Below, piece by piece: positions 29,784 through 39,494 of a DNA stretch of 64,000 bases. The DNA is from a virus (Duplodnaviria; Caudoviricetes). The notes below the pieces were generated by a model, which did not search any database, was not told the DNA's origin, and saw only the letters and a list, made by a program, of their open reading frames with translations. The stretch lies in IMG/VR virus record IMGVR_UViG_3300037418_002332. One strand, given 5' to 3'. The stretch's first letter is position 1. Each line of letters opens with the position of its first letter. The position numbers were made by a program, and so were the translations under genes.

Positions 29784-30030
29784 GTGGCCAAAAGATACTA
29801 TCTATGATCCACAAATACATGTTATCGGACGAATTGAACAAAATCAATATGATCCAGTTTTGCTTGGCATAGTCAGAAGAACGTGGCCAACGTTGCTTGC
29901 TAATTCAATTATTGGATCGCAAAATATGATGAATCCTTCAGGACAAGTATTTTCACTGAGATCAAAATACAGTGGAGCAACTTCAAATACCCAAACAGTT
30001 ATAATAAAGGACGAAATAGATGGCGAGTGA
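29776..30030 (+). CDS. 84-aa protein carrying gp23 Gol-region block
   Basis: PVLLGIVRRTWPTLLANSIIGSQNMMNPSGQVFSLRSKY resembles PAVMGMVRRAIPNLIAFDICGVQPMNSPTGQVFALRAVY (recalled). Confidence 0.75.
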   Translation: MSEWPKDTIYDPQIHVIGRIEQNQYDPVLLGIVRRTWPTLLANSIIGSQNMMNPSGQVFSLRSKYSGATSNTQTVIIKDEIDGE

Positions 30031-30196
30031 TTATTACAGCAGAGAACTTAGACAAAGAGCAATTGAACTTGCAGTTATGGTAACACGAGATTCAACAACT
30101 GATATTAAAATTGTGTTGAGCGCTGCAAAAGAAATTGAAAAATACATCATGGATGGTGATGAAGAAAAAGCAAAGCTAGACCTACTAGAAGAGTAA
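30020..30196 (+). CDS. 58-aa hypothetical protein (not in ORF track)
   Basis: MASDYYSRELRQRAIELAVMV...LLEE*; fills gap before topoisomerase. Confidence 0.6.
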   Translation: MASDYYSRELRQRAIELAVMVTRDSTTDIKIVLSAAKEIEKYIMDGDEEKAKLDLLEE

Positions 30197-30198
30197 GC

Positions 30199-32061
30199 AT
30201 GACAGACGGAATTAAAAAACTTTCAGACTATGAGCACGTGAGATTGAGAACTGAGATGTATCTTGGTTCTCGTTCACCGCATACTCAAGAAATCATTTCC
30301 TACAATGAAGGTGTTCCAGTTCTAAAAGAATACACTTGGACACCAGCAGCATTCACAGCTTTCCGTGAAGTGTTGGACAACTCATTGGATGAAATAATCG
30401 GTCATGGTTTCGGCTCAAGAATCGATGTAGAGTACGATGAAGCTAATAAGATTTTTTCAGTGAAAGATAATGGTCGTGGCATTCCAATCACATGGGATGA
30501 CAAGGAAGAAATGCACAAGGCAACTTTGGTGTTGACTCATACTCGTGCAGGTCGTAACTTCGGTGAACGGCAAGAAGTTGCTGGTACAAATGGTATTGGC
30601 GCGTCGGCTGTGAATTTTTGTTCAGAATTTTTTGAAGTCACAATCAATCGTGATAACACCAAGTTCGAACAAAAATTCGTTGAAGGTGAACATGAGTTGA
30701 AAATTGATCCGCCTAAGATGCGTGAAGTGAAAAGTGATGCATCAGGCACCGCAATTCGCTTTAAACTTTCATCAAAGGTGTTCAGTTCAATTCTACTTCC
30801 ACTGGAATTCATACGTGATCGCCTTTATGAAGTTGCTGTATTCAATCCTCAGTTGACTGTTTACTTCAACAAGGAAAAGATCAAGGTTGGTGCGACGATT
30901 GAACGTTCCCTTTTCAACAAGGAAAAGGTGATCAAATTTGATATCAACGAAGATGGTTTCCGTTCAACTTTCTTTGTCAAACCAAATTTCCAATTGAATT
31001 CATCTGAATATATGTTCTCGTTCGTGAACAACGTTCCAGCTTTCAATGGTGGAACTCATATGGATACATTTCGTCGTCAATTCATTTCAGGTGTTTTGGA
31101 TGCTTTGACTCGCGAAGGCAAGAAACGTAAATTGACTCCAAATCGATCTGATGTCAATGAAGGTTTGTTGATTCTAAATCACACAAAGATGAGAGCGCCG
31201 AACTTCGACAGTCAGTCCAAAACTCGTTTGATTAACGAAGAACCTGCAAAGATCATCACAGCTGCAATTGATGCTAAGGAAATCGCTAAGATGCTCCGTA
31301 AGCATGAAGATTGGGTTGAACAAATCTTTGAACGTTGCGCATTCCGTACAAACAAGCAAGACCAAAAGGATTTGGAAAAGGAATCAAAGAAGCTTTCACG
31401 TCGAAAAATTCCAAAACTTCGTGACGCAACCTCAAGTAATCGTCAAGATTGTATCTTGTTGCTAGCTGAGGGAGATTCAGCTATCTCCGGTTCAGCTGCG
31501 GTTCGCGATCCAAAAATCCATGCTGGATTGCCATTGCGCGGTAAAGTTCTAAACGTCAATGGTGAGTCACCAAAAACCGTCATTGACAATAAAGAACTGG
31601 CTGATATCATGTCTGCAATAGGCTTGGCCATCGGCAAAAAAGCAGTGAGAGATGATTTGCGATATGGTAGAATTTATTTGGCCCATGACGCTGATCCTGA
31701 CGGTGCAAACATCGGTGCTTTATTGGTGAATTTTTTCCATACATTTTGGCCTGAACTATTTACCGATGAAAAGAATCCATTTATAAGTGTATTCATGACT
31801 CCGTTCATCATTGCTCAAAAAGGCAAGGAACGTCGTTATTGGTATTCAGATAATTATGCTGAATTCAAGCCTGAAGATTATAAAGGCTGGTCAATCACCA
31901 GAGCCAAGGGTCTTGGTACTCTTGAAGAACCCGATTGGGAACATTCTCTGAAGTCACCAAAACTTTTCCATATAGTTGATGACGGTAAGATGAAAGAAGC
32001 TTTGGATTTGATTTTCAATGGTTCAAAGGCTGACGATCGGAAATTGTGGATGGGAATTTAG
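30199..32061 (+). CDS. gp39: Type II topoisomerase large subunit (gp39+60 fused)
   Basis: HVRLRTEMYLGS, DNGRGIP, GTNGIGAS, AEGDSA, PLRGKVLN, DADPDG, KGLG. Confidence 0.96.
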   Translation: MTDGIKKLSDYEHVRLRTEMYLGSRSPHTQEIISYNEGVPVLKEYTWTPAAFTAFREVLDNSLDEIIGHGFGSRIDVEYDEANKIFSVKDNGRGIPITWDDKEEMHKATLVLTHTRAGRNFGERQEVAGTNGIGASAVNFCSEFFEVTINRDNTKFEQKFVEGEHELKIDPPKMREVKSDASGTAIRFKLSSKVFSSILLPLEFIRDRLYEVAVFNPQLTVYFNKEKIKVGATIERSLFNKEKVIKFDINEDGFRSTFFVKPNFQLNSSEYMFSFVNNVPAFNGGTHMDTFRRQFISGVLDALTREGKKRKLTPNRSDVNEGLLILNHTKMRAPNFDSQSKTRLINEEPAKIITAAIDAKEIAKMLRKHEDWVEQIFERCAFRTNKQDQKDLEKESKKLSRRKIPKLRDATSSNRQDCILLLAEGDSAISGSAAVRDPKIHAGLPLRGKVLNVNGESPKTVIDNKELADIMSAIGLAIGKKAVRDDLRYGRIYLAHDADPDGANIGALLVNFFHTFWPELFTDEKNPFISVFMTPFIIAQKGKERRYWYSDNYAEFKPEDYKGWSITRAKGLGTLEEPDWEHSLKSPKLFHIVDDGKMKEALDLIFNGSKADDRKLWMGI

Positions 32062-32385
32062 TGTGACATGGCGAATTGGTAGATTATGGATTGTTTGGAT
32101 TGGTTTACGCATGCCCATAATTTGGTGGGCATGCAAGGACTATAAACTTAGACGCATACCATCGGCATTTCGCCGATATTTTTCAATGAAATGGAATGTA
32201 ATATGCAGGGAATTCTCACTTTTCAGGTTTCGATTGATATTGGCAATGATGAATTCTGGGAAGATGTCACTCGTGCCGAAACGATTGATCTTAACATGGT
32301 ATCCGAGGAAATTCAAGATGCACTTGAAAATCGAGGATTTGAAGTAAAGGTCAAGTTCTCGGAGGCAAATCTGAGGAACTAAGTA

Positions 32386-32634
32386 ATGAAGAAGATCATT
32401 CACGTTAACAGACAATTCATCGCCAACAATGCTAAAGATGGTGGTAAGCGGCCAGTTTACACAATTAAGGCATCTGGCAAAACTCGATACGGTCGTGAAG
32501 TCATTATCAATGGTCCATCAAAACTTGTATATGATGGAACTCAATTGAAGTGCGGTGCACGTGCTTGGATTGAAACGGATAGTGATATTGAAATCGTTGA
32601 TGAAATGTCATTTTCAGAAGCAAAGGTAGCATGA
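32386..32634 (+). CDS. conserved phage hypothetical protein
   Basis: IHVNRQ...GPSKLVY...LKCGARAWIET family. Confidence 0.7.
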   Translation: MKKIIHVNRQFIANNAKDGGKRPVYTIKASGKTRYGREVIINGPSKLVYDGTQLKCGARAWIETDSDIEIVDEMSFSEAKVA

Positions 32635-32909
32635 TACAACATCTAAAATCCTGGCCAAGATACTTTGATGCTATTTTGGCAGGAACCAAAAAACATGATA
32701 TCCGTAAAATGGATCGTCGATTTGAAATTGGCGATATTATCATGTTGGAAGAATTCGATCCAAAAACATCAAATTATACAGGCCGAAAGCTGAAAGCAAA
32801 AATTACATGGATTTCATCAAGTGATGAACCTTGTTCTATTGCTGAAGATGCTTTGAGTTCTGATTTCTGCGTGTTGAGTTTGGAAGTTCAATATCAAGGG
32901 ATTGTATGA
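32631..32909 (+). CDS. DUF3850/ASCH-like protein
   Basis: HLKSWPRYFDAILAGTKKHDIRKMDRRFEIGD..LEEF. Confidence 0.8.
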   Translation: MIQHLKSWPRYFDAILAGTKKHDIRKMDRRFEIGDIIMLEEFDPKTSNYTGRKLKAKITWISSSDEPCSIAEDALSSDFCVLSLEVQYQGIV

Positions 32910-33130
32910 AGGCATACATAATTTCTAATAAAGAATGGTCTGAAAAAATTTTACTTGAAATGGGATTGAAAACTCTTTCAACCACAATTGGTGAAGCTTG
33001 GCGTCGTCATGTTGGAAATAATCATAATCCAATAGATTATCCAATCATTGTTCAACGTTGGAGTGACAAAGGTTACAAACCATTTGAAGTTGAAGTCAAT
33101 TTGGTAAAGGAAAAAAATGACAAAAGATGA
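32906..33130 (+). CDS. hypothetical protein
   Basis: overlapping-start ORF. Confidence 0.55.
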   Translation: MKAYIISNKEWSEKILLEMGLKTLSTTIGEAWRRHVGNNHNPIDYPIIVQRWSDKGYKPFEVEVNLVKEKNDKR

Positions 33131-33374
33131 TATTATAGCAACGCTTGACGCAAAGTGGCATAATAAAGAAAGACCAAAAACTCCATATGCTACACGTGAC
33201 GGCATTGAAGATCAATATAAAGCTGGATTGATGACAAATAAAAAATTCATGATCTTTTATCTGGTTCCGAGAGATATTCCCCATGATAATGAACTTGGAT
33301 TTTCTATTTACAAAGCTTGCTTTAACGATTTGGGCATTCCTATAACAAACAGTGAATATAACAATAATGTTTGA
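33117..33374 (+). CDS. hypothetical protein
   Basis: overlapping-start ORF. Confidence 0.55.
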   Translation: MTKDDIIATLDAKWHNKERPKTPYATRDGIEDQYKAGLMTNKKFMIFYLVPRDIPHDNELGFSIYKACFNDLGIPITNSEYNNNV

Positions 33375-33750
33375 CGGTAAAAAAGAATTAGAGCAAGACA
33401 AACTTGCTTCTCAATGGGATGAACGAAAAACATTCGATTGGGATAGAAGTGGACTTGATTACGAAGATAAATGGACAACCCTTGAAGCTGGTCAACGTTT
33501 GAAACGAGCAGGTGTTGATGTCAATTATGTTTATTATCCCTGCAATCTAGTATTCAACGATCATGATCAAAAGGTTGCTAAAACTGTAGCATCAAGGCCA
33601 GTTCAAGATCTCGATGAAGTTGTTTCTTTTATGTTGAGAACACCATTGTTTGGTACTTCAATATTTTTGATGGCATTTCTTGATCAACGAAAACATTATG
33701 GTTGTTACAAAATCCGTTATTTCACATTTGATCCGAAAGTAAAACTTTGA
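33352..33750 (+). CDS. hypothetical protein
   Basis: 132-aa ORF before gp52. Confidence 0.55.
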   Translation: MNITIMFDGKKELEQDKLASQWDERKTFDWDRSGLDYEDKWTTLEAGQRLKRAGVDVNYVYYPCNLVFNDHDQKVAKTVASRPVQDLDEVVSFMLRTPLFGTSIFLMAFLDQRKHYGCYKIRYFTFDPKVKL

Positions 33751-35084
33751 CACAAAAAGCATCTGAATATATCCTAGATACATCAAAAGACTATTCCATT
33801 TATGTGGCTCAAAATAGAGCAATTCCATCTGTAACTGATGGATTGAAAGATGGTCAGCGTAAAGCAATGTGGCTTTTGCGCAATAAATCAAGTAAAATCA
33901 AAACAGTTTCCCTCGCCGGTGAATTGATCAGTTCAAACCTATATCTTCACGGTGATGCATCAGCATCGGGAACGATTTCCCTATTGGCTGCGCCTTTCGT
34001 CAACAATGTTCCATTGGTTCATGGTATTGGATCATTTGGAACACGTGTTGCTCCTCAATCTGGTATTGGTGCACCACGTTACACCTATGTGGAAAAATCC
34101 AAGGCAGCTGATTCAATTCTGTACAAGGACATGAATCTGCTTCCAATGAAAGAAAATTATGATGGTTCAACTCAAGAACCTGTCACTTTCCTTCCATTGA
34201 TTCCATTGGTGCTTTTGAACGGTGTATCAGGCATCGCGGTTGGTTGGTCAACAGATATTTTGCCAAGAAGCTTGACTGATTTGAAACAGGCTGTCATCGA
34301 TGTTCTGGATGGTAAGGAACCAAAGGAAATCAAACCAACTTATTCCTATCTGAACGTGACTACCAAAAAGCTTGAAGAAAATTCTTGGGAGTTCACAGGT
34401 AAGATTGAATACATCGATACATCAACTTTGAGAATTGTTGAACTTCCTCCTGAAGTGGATTTTGAAAAGTTTAAAGATAAGCTTGATAAAATGCAGGATG
34501 CAGGTACAATTGTTGATTACGAAGATAATTCAACCAAGACAATTGATATCACTATCAAGTTCAAACGTGGTTCATTGAAAGACTATGTTGAAGATGATTA
34601 TTTGAATCTGTTGAAGTTGAAAACCAAAAAGACAGAACGTATCGTTGTTCTGGATTGGAATGGTAAGTCAATTCGTCAATATGATTCAGCAACAAAGTTG
34701 ATCAAAGATTTCGTAGCTTGGCGTTTCAACTATTATGTTGAACGTTACAAAGTTCAGTTGCAAGAACGTGAAGCTGATTTGCAATATGTCTTGGCATTGA
34801 AAGACTGTTACGAGCAAGGTCTTCCAAATGAAGCTTTGAAGTTGAAAGACAAAAAGGCAATTGATCAAAAGGTTCGTGATTTCACTAAAACAAGAACTAT
34901 CACTGATAGTGATGTTGATCGAATTGTATCTCTTCCAATTTATCGTTGGACTGTTGAATATTACAACAAGCTAAAGGAAGAAGAAAAAGATTTGATCAAG
35001 GAAATCGCATACATCAAGTCTCTATTGGCAAAGCCTGCTCTGATCAAAAATATTTACAAAGATGAGGTGAAAGCTATTGGCTGA
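33747..35084 (+). CDS. gp52: Type II topoisomerase medium subunit gp52
   Basis: RAIPSVTDGLKDGQRK, YLHGDAS, APRYT catalytic Tyr, GIAVGWST. Confidence 0.96.
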   Translation: MTQKASEYILDTSKDYSIYVAQNRAIPSVTDGLKDGQRKAMWLLRNKSSKIKTVSLAGELISSNLYLHGDASASGTISLLAAPFVNNVPLVHGIGSFGTRVAPQSGIGAPRYTYVEKSKAADSILYKDMNLLPMKENYDGSTQEPVTFLPLIPLVLLNGVSGIAVGWSTDILPRSLTDLKQAVIDVLDGKEPKEIKPTYSYLNVTTKKLEENSWEFTGKIEYIDTSTLRIVELPPEVDFEKFKDKLDKMQDAGTIVDYEDNSTKTIDITIKFKRGSLKDYVEDDYLNLLKLKTKKTERIVVLDWNGKSIRQYDSATKLIKDFVAWRFNYYVERYKVQLQEREADLQYVLALKDCYEQGLPNEALKLKDKKAIDQKVRDFTKTRTITDSDVDRIVSLPIYRWTVEYYNKLKEEEKDLIKEIAYIKSLLAKPALIKNIYKDEVKAIG

Positions 35085-35751
35085 GCATTTGGGTGGTCAT
35101 AATTGGGTAACTCATGTTGACCATGGTGCAATGGAATTCATTTTCAAACAAGGTTATAAGACCATGATTGATGTTGGTTGCGGTCCTGGCGGGGCTGTAA
35201 CCGATGCTAGAGGAATTGGTTTCAAAGCAATTGGTATTGATGGTGATATAAAACTCGATCACATCAACCAAGAGAAATTCAATAAATCACCCGAATCATT
35301 ACCTTTCATTCTATTCCATGATTATACTCAAGGTGTATTGCCCGATCATTTAAGTTGGGGAAATTTGACAAATACAGATTTGACTGAGTTTGATGTTGGA
35401 TGGTGTGTTGAATTTCTTGAACATGTTGAAGAAAAATATATTCCAAATATCATGGATACGTTTAGACGTTGTAAAATTGTAGTCGCAACGCATGCACTTC
35501 CTGGTGATACAGGTGGTTGGCATCATGTCAATTTACAGTCACCTGAATATTGGATAAAAAAGTTTGAAGATGAAGGTTTCATCTATGATGAATTGAAAAC
35601 CTTAAGACTCAAAAAACATTCAACCATGGGCCGTGATTTTCTCAGAAAAACTGGCAAAGTGTTTGTTCGATTTGACGAAAAATTCAAGTGGTATGAAAGC
35701 GTTGATTCTCAAAATGACCTTGATAGAGTTCGTCGAGATAATTGGACATGA
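35077..35751 (+). CDS. Class I SAM-dependent methyltransferase (glycan-type)
   Basis: IDVGCGPG, CVEFLEHV, GGWHHVNLQ..EYW. Confidence 0.85.
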   Translation: MAEHLGGHNWVTHVDHGAMEFIFKQGYKTMIDVGCGPGGAVTDARGIGFKAIGIDGDIKLDHINQEKFNKSPESLPFILFHDYTQGVLPDHLSWGNLTNTDLTEFDVGWCVEFLEHVEEKYIPNIMDTFRRCKIVVATHALPGDTGGWHHVNLQSPEYWIKKFEDEGFIYDELKTLRLKKHSTMGRDFLRKTGKVFVRFDEKFKWYESVDSQNDLDRVRRDNWT

Positions 35752-36440
35752 AAGCATACTTCATCACTAATATAGAGAATGATGAAGCTGCCGCAGTTGG
35801 TCACAGACATGTTAATCTGGTGAACTCAAAAGGATCGTTCGAAGCTGAAATATATGAAGCTGTCAAAGGCAAAGAAGCTTATGACATTTTCAAAACTTAC
35901 AACATCAAGTTTTTGGATGAAAAATATCAAACTGGTGAATTTGTTGAACGTAATCGTCAAATGACATATGATAAGAAGGAAGGCGTGGCCGGTTGCTTCG
36001 CTTCTCATTATATGCTTTGGCAACGTTGCGTGGCTGCTGATGAATCAATTGGTATTTTTGAATACGATGCAAAACAGATTGCTGATATGCCAGCAGTTGA
36101 ATTTGACAATGTTTTGTATTTGAGTGCATGGCGAAATTGGGATGGAACTGATTCGGACAAATATTTCGAAAAACGAACTGAACAAGGTATTCATGATTAC
36201 ATTGGATACAATCGTTGGGGATATAACAATTGTATGTCAGGCACTCATGCATATTTGATTAAGCCGCATGCAGCACAAAAATTGATTGATGTTGCACATA
36301 AGAAAGGTTGGTTTCCGGTTGATAGATTTTTCTCAACTGATTTAACCAATATGTCAAAACAAACATTGAATCCTGCGGTTTTTAAGGTGGCATGTAGTTT
36401 GAATTTATCATATCAATACAGAGTGGTGAAAATAACATGA
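35742..36440 (+). CDS. Glycosyltransferase family 25-like
   Basis: GCFASHYMLW, IFEYDA, GTHAYLIKPHAAQKL. Confidence 0.8.
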   Translation: MDMKAYFITNIENDEAAAVGHRHVNLVNSKGSFEAEIYEAVKGKEAYDIFKTYNIKFLDEKYQTGEFVERNRQMTYDKKEGVAGCFASHYMLWQRCVAADESIGIFEYDAKQIADMPAVEFDNVLYLSAWRNWDGTDSDKYFEKRTEQGIHDYIGYNRWGYNNCMSGTHAYLIKPHAAQKLIDVAHKKGWFPVDRFFSTDLTNMSKQTLNPAVFKVACSLNLSYQYRVVKIT

Positions 36441-36649
36441 GAGAACGCAAAGCAATACCAGCAACTCATTGCGATTATTTGATTCGAATGCATATGAAAT
36501 CAATTGAAGCAATCAGTAAATATATGGCAGGTGGTTGTGGAACTGGCGCATTGAATGGACCTATGATGGTTTGTGTTGAATTGATCAGAATGCGTGATAT
36601 GATACAGAAATCATTGGAGGAATATAGTGACAAGCCGAAAGAAAGTTAA
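36437..36649 (+). CDS. hypothetical protein
   Basis: 70-aa ORF. Confidence 0.5.
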   Translation: MRERKAIPATHCDYLIRMHMKSIEAISKYMAGGCGTGALNGPMMVCVELIRMRDMIQKSLEEYSDKPKES

Positions 36650-37064
36650 TCGACAAAAGGTCGAAGAATCATTGGAAAAGGCCAGTGTTGAAACTCACGC
36701 TTTCCAAGATAGTGGTCATACTGACGAATTTTTGGAACAACAATATGGTATAAAGCCGAAAGATAATACTGAGTTTCTAAATGAACTTGAAAATTATTTG
36801 AAATCACCACCATTGTATGAGTTTCAAAATAGAATCAAAGATACACCAACTAAAACTTGGTTAGAACTCAATAAAACTGTAGTGGATGTGCTACATCCAA
36901 AACCAAAAGAAGAAGTTACCGCTGATCCAGCGAAACAACGCATTATTCTGACTGTTGATTTGACTGATTTTAGGGACCTGTTAATAAATATTCGTGCTAA
37001 AATCCAAGATAGCATTGTAAAACTTAACCAAATTTGGAACGAAAAAAATGAAAGAAAAGATTAA
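36627..37064 (+). CDS. hypothetical protein
   Basis: 145-aa ORF. Confidence 0.55.
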   Translation: MTSRKKVNRQKVEESLEKASVETHAFQDSGHTDEFLEQQYGIKPKDNTEFLNELENYLKSPPLYEFQNRIKDTPTKTWLELNKTVVDVLHPKPKEEVTADPAKQRIILTVDLTDFRDLLINIRAKIQDSIVKLNQIWNEKNERKD

Positions 37065-37230
37065 CCAAATCCTCCGTGAACACGCAGGTGATCCAGCAAA
37101 AGCAACCGCTGAAATCAGAAAAATCACTTCACAAAATTTCAGCCTTTACAATGAAGGCGGTTCACTGTATGTTGAATTTGATGATCCAACTGACTCTACT
37201 GACTTCGGAATTTCCCTCCTAGAGGAGTAA
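37048..37230 (+). CDS. hypothetical protein
   Basis: 60-aa ORF. Confidence 0.55.
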   Translation: MKEKINQILREHAGDPAKATAEIRKITSQNFSLYNEGGSLYVEFDDPTDSTDFGISLLEE

Positions 37231-37241
37231 TACACTCCTCA

Positions 37242-37310
37242 CTTCTTCTTAGCTAGTCAAAGATAATAAATACCAAATATAAGAAATCTTAAACACTAGC
37301 TAAGAAGAAG
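37242..37310 (+). promoter_or_regulatory. 16-bp inverted repeat enclosing late promoter AATAAATA and covering the RBS
   Basis: cttcttcttagctagt (37242-57) / actagctaagaagaag (37295-310); AATAAATA at 37265-72. Confidence 0.75.
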
Positions 37311-37313
37311 AGC

Positions 37314-38975
37314 ATGACAATCAATTTCACACAATTCCTTACTGAAGCTTCCTTCTCACCGCAAGCTGTTGAAAAGGTGTTGACCATTCTTGTTCGTTTG
37401 ATCGAAAAGAAAATCGGTCAACGTCTATACAGATATGCAGGTGCGAATGGTTTCCAAGAAGTTGAAATCAAGAACCATCCAGGCAAGGGCAAAGGTTTCT
37501 TATATTTCACCACCAAGCAAGTCGCTATCCGTTTCAATTTCGTCAAAGGTGATTTCGTATCAATGAACTTTTGGCAACATTGGGAAATTGGTAAAGCATC
37601 AGATATGTACATCGATTTCGGTGGTGCAAATATCGTTCGAATTGCAAATATCATCGTTGACAAACTGACTTCAGCCGTTCATGGCCAGATCAAAAAAGAA
37701 GTCATTCCAGCCTATCTTCCAGAACAAGCTATTCCTGAAGGTGCTGAACTCATCACTGAACAAGCAGCGAAAAGAGTTACTCCTGAAGAATTCTTTCAAA
37801 TCATGCAAAGCACTTATCCAAATGCTGACTATTCAGAAATGCATTGGAGAGATATTGCAAATGCAGGTGCTGCTGCTGGTGTAGCTGGTATTCCTGGTTT
37901 CGTTAAAGCACAAGCTGTTCCTAACAAGAAGGGTTATTACTCAGTCATCCCTCCTTCTGCTGGCTCTCCTGGTGCTACGGCAGCTGTTTCTGCAAAGCCT
38001 GATCCAATCCTTTACATCAAAGTTACTGCCCAAGACCCAGTTTCAAAGAAGTTCCTTTCAGCTGGTGAATCAAAGCAAGCACAAGACATGTATAACCAAA
38101 TTCAAAATGCTTTGAGTGACAACAGTGCTAACATGGCTAAGAAAGAAATTGAAAACCCAGATACTTTGTTCGGTGCTTTGTCCAACCTTGTTAAGTTGGT
38201 CATCAAAGGAACTAACAAAGCTTTGATGATTTACGGTGGTCCTGGTACAGGTAAATCATTCACAGTCACCAGTGCTATTGAGCAAGCTGGTTTGGTTAAG
38301 AATCGTGATTGGTATCACGTCAAAGGCAAAATCACCACCCAAGCATTGTATGAACTTCTATTCATCCACCGTGATGATAAGATCATTGTATTCGACGATG
38401 CTGACTCAGTTTTCAATAACGAAGATTCAGGTAACATCTTGAAGGCAGCACTTGATTCATACGATGAAAGAATTATCTCATGGCTTTCACCAAGAACTCA
38501 AAACATCGCTAGATTGAACGATGCGCAACGTGAAGCGTTCAATAAGGAAGTTGATAAGAGACTTGCTGAAGACCCATTGGGTGAAGATGAAGTTGAATAC
38601 GATGAAGATACAGGTAAGAGCAAGGTTGTCAAGAAAAAACCTTTGAAGTATCCTTCTGAATTCAGATATGACGGTAGAATTATCTTCATCTCAAACCTTG
38701 GTTTGAAAGATATCGATAGTGCTGTTTTGACTCGTTCATTCAAGATTAACATGGACTTGACTGATGAACAAATGTTCATGCGTATGGAATCAATTATTGA
38801 GCATCTTGGTAATCCAAATTTGACCAAGGAAGAAAAGCTTGACACTTTGAGAGTTTTGAAAGAACGTCATTTGTTGGGTCAACTGAAAAATCCACAAATG
38901 AGAACGTTCGTTGCGGCTTCTAACATCCGTGCTTCCGGTGTACCAAACTGGATTGAACTTTTGAAATATTCATAA
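37314..38975 (+). CDS. P-loop (AAA-like) ATPase with capsid-targeting-like N-terminus
   Basis: GGPGTGKS, IIVFDDAD, IIFISN; N-terminus MTINFTQFLTEA. Confidence 0.75.
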   Translation: MTINFTQFLTEASFSPQAVEKVLTILVRLIEKKIGQRLYRYAGANGFQEVEIKNHPGKGKGFLYFTTKQVAIRFNFVKGDFVSMNFWQHWEIGKASDMYIDFGGANIVRIANIIVDKLTSAVHGQIKKEVIPAYLPEQAIPEGAELITEQAAKRVTPEEFFQIMQSTYPNADYSEMHWRDIANAGAAAGVAGIPGFVKAQAVPNKKGYYSVIPPSAGSPGATAAVSAKPDPILYIKVTAQDPVSKKFLSAGESKQAQDMYNQIQNALSDNSANMAKKEIENPDTLFGALSNLVKLVIKGTNKALMIYGGPGTGKSFTVTSAIEQAGLVKNRDWYHVKGKITTQALYELLFIHRDDKIIVFDDADSVFNNEDSGNILKAALDSYDERIISWLSPRTQNIARLNDAQREAFNKEVDKRLAEDPLGEDEVEYDEDTGKSKVVKKKPLKYPSEFRYDGRIIFISNLGLKDIDSAVLTRSFKINMDLTDEQMFMRMESIIEHLGNPNLTKEEKLDTLRVLKERHLLGQLKNPQMRTFVAASNIRASGVPNWIELLKYS

Positions 38976-39002
38976 TATAATAGGTCTGAAAGGAAAACTC
39001 GT

Positions 39003-39494
39003 ATGAGCATCAGAAAGCGTATCGTCGATGGGGTCATGGAAACTTTTTCCGAAGGCACTCATTATGCCGTTCATCATGCTACCATGGGATATTACGGTCA
39101 AAAGCATCCAAGTCATGAAGCAGCTGTTTCAAAAACTTTGAATCCAAAGTTGATTCGACCAGAAGATTACACTGTTGTGAAAATCGAAAATGGTCGTAAG
39201 AAAGAAGCAACTGATTTGCATGGCAACAAGCGTGAAATTCCTAAGGGAAGACACGATAAATTGAGTGAATCAACCAATCATGAAGGACATGTGATTCAAC
39301 TTCACAGTAAGCATTACACAAAACCACACTACAAGGGTGAAAACAATATTGTGAATCACCCAAAAAGTGCAAAGAAATATGCAACACCTGAGGAAGCTGA
39401 AAAGGCGGCCAGCAAAACTCATTTCATGGGTGATTGGACGCATAAAGTTGTTTCAACCAAAGATGCATATGATGCACATAAGAGGTCATATTAA
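39003..39494 (+). CDS. probable internal head protein
   Basis: His/Lys-rich; MSIRKRI..ETFSE leader. Confidence 0.5.
   Translation: MSIRKRIVDGVMETFSEGTHYAVHHATMGYYGQKHPSHEAAVSKTLNPKLIRPEDYTVVKIENGRKKEATDLHGNKREIPKGRHDKLSESTNHEGHVIQLHSKHYTKPHYKGENNIVNHPKSAKKYATPEEAEKAASKTHFMGDWTHKVVSTKDAYDAHKRSY

Noticed and set aside
30199-32061. T4 gene 60-type translational bypass
   Set aside because: The gp39 and gp60 parts are fused in one open frame
32018-32382. Two overlapping ORFs after topoisomerase
   Set aside because: Cannot tell which frame is real; no motifs
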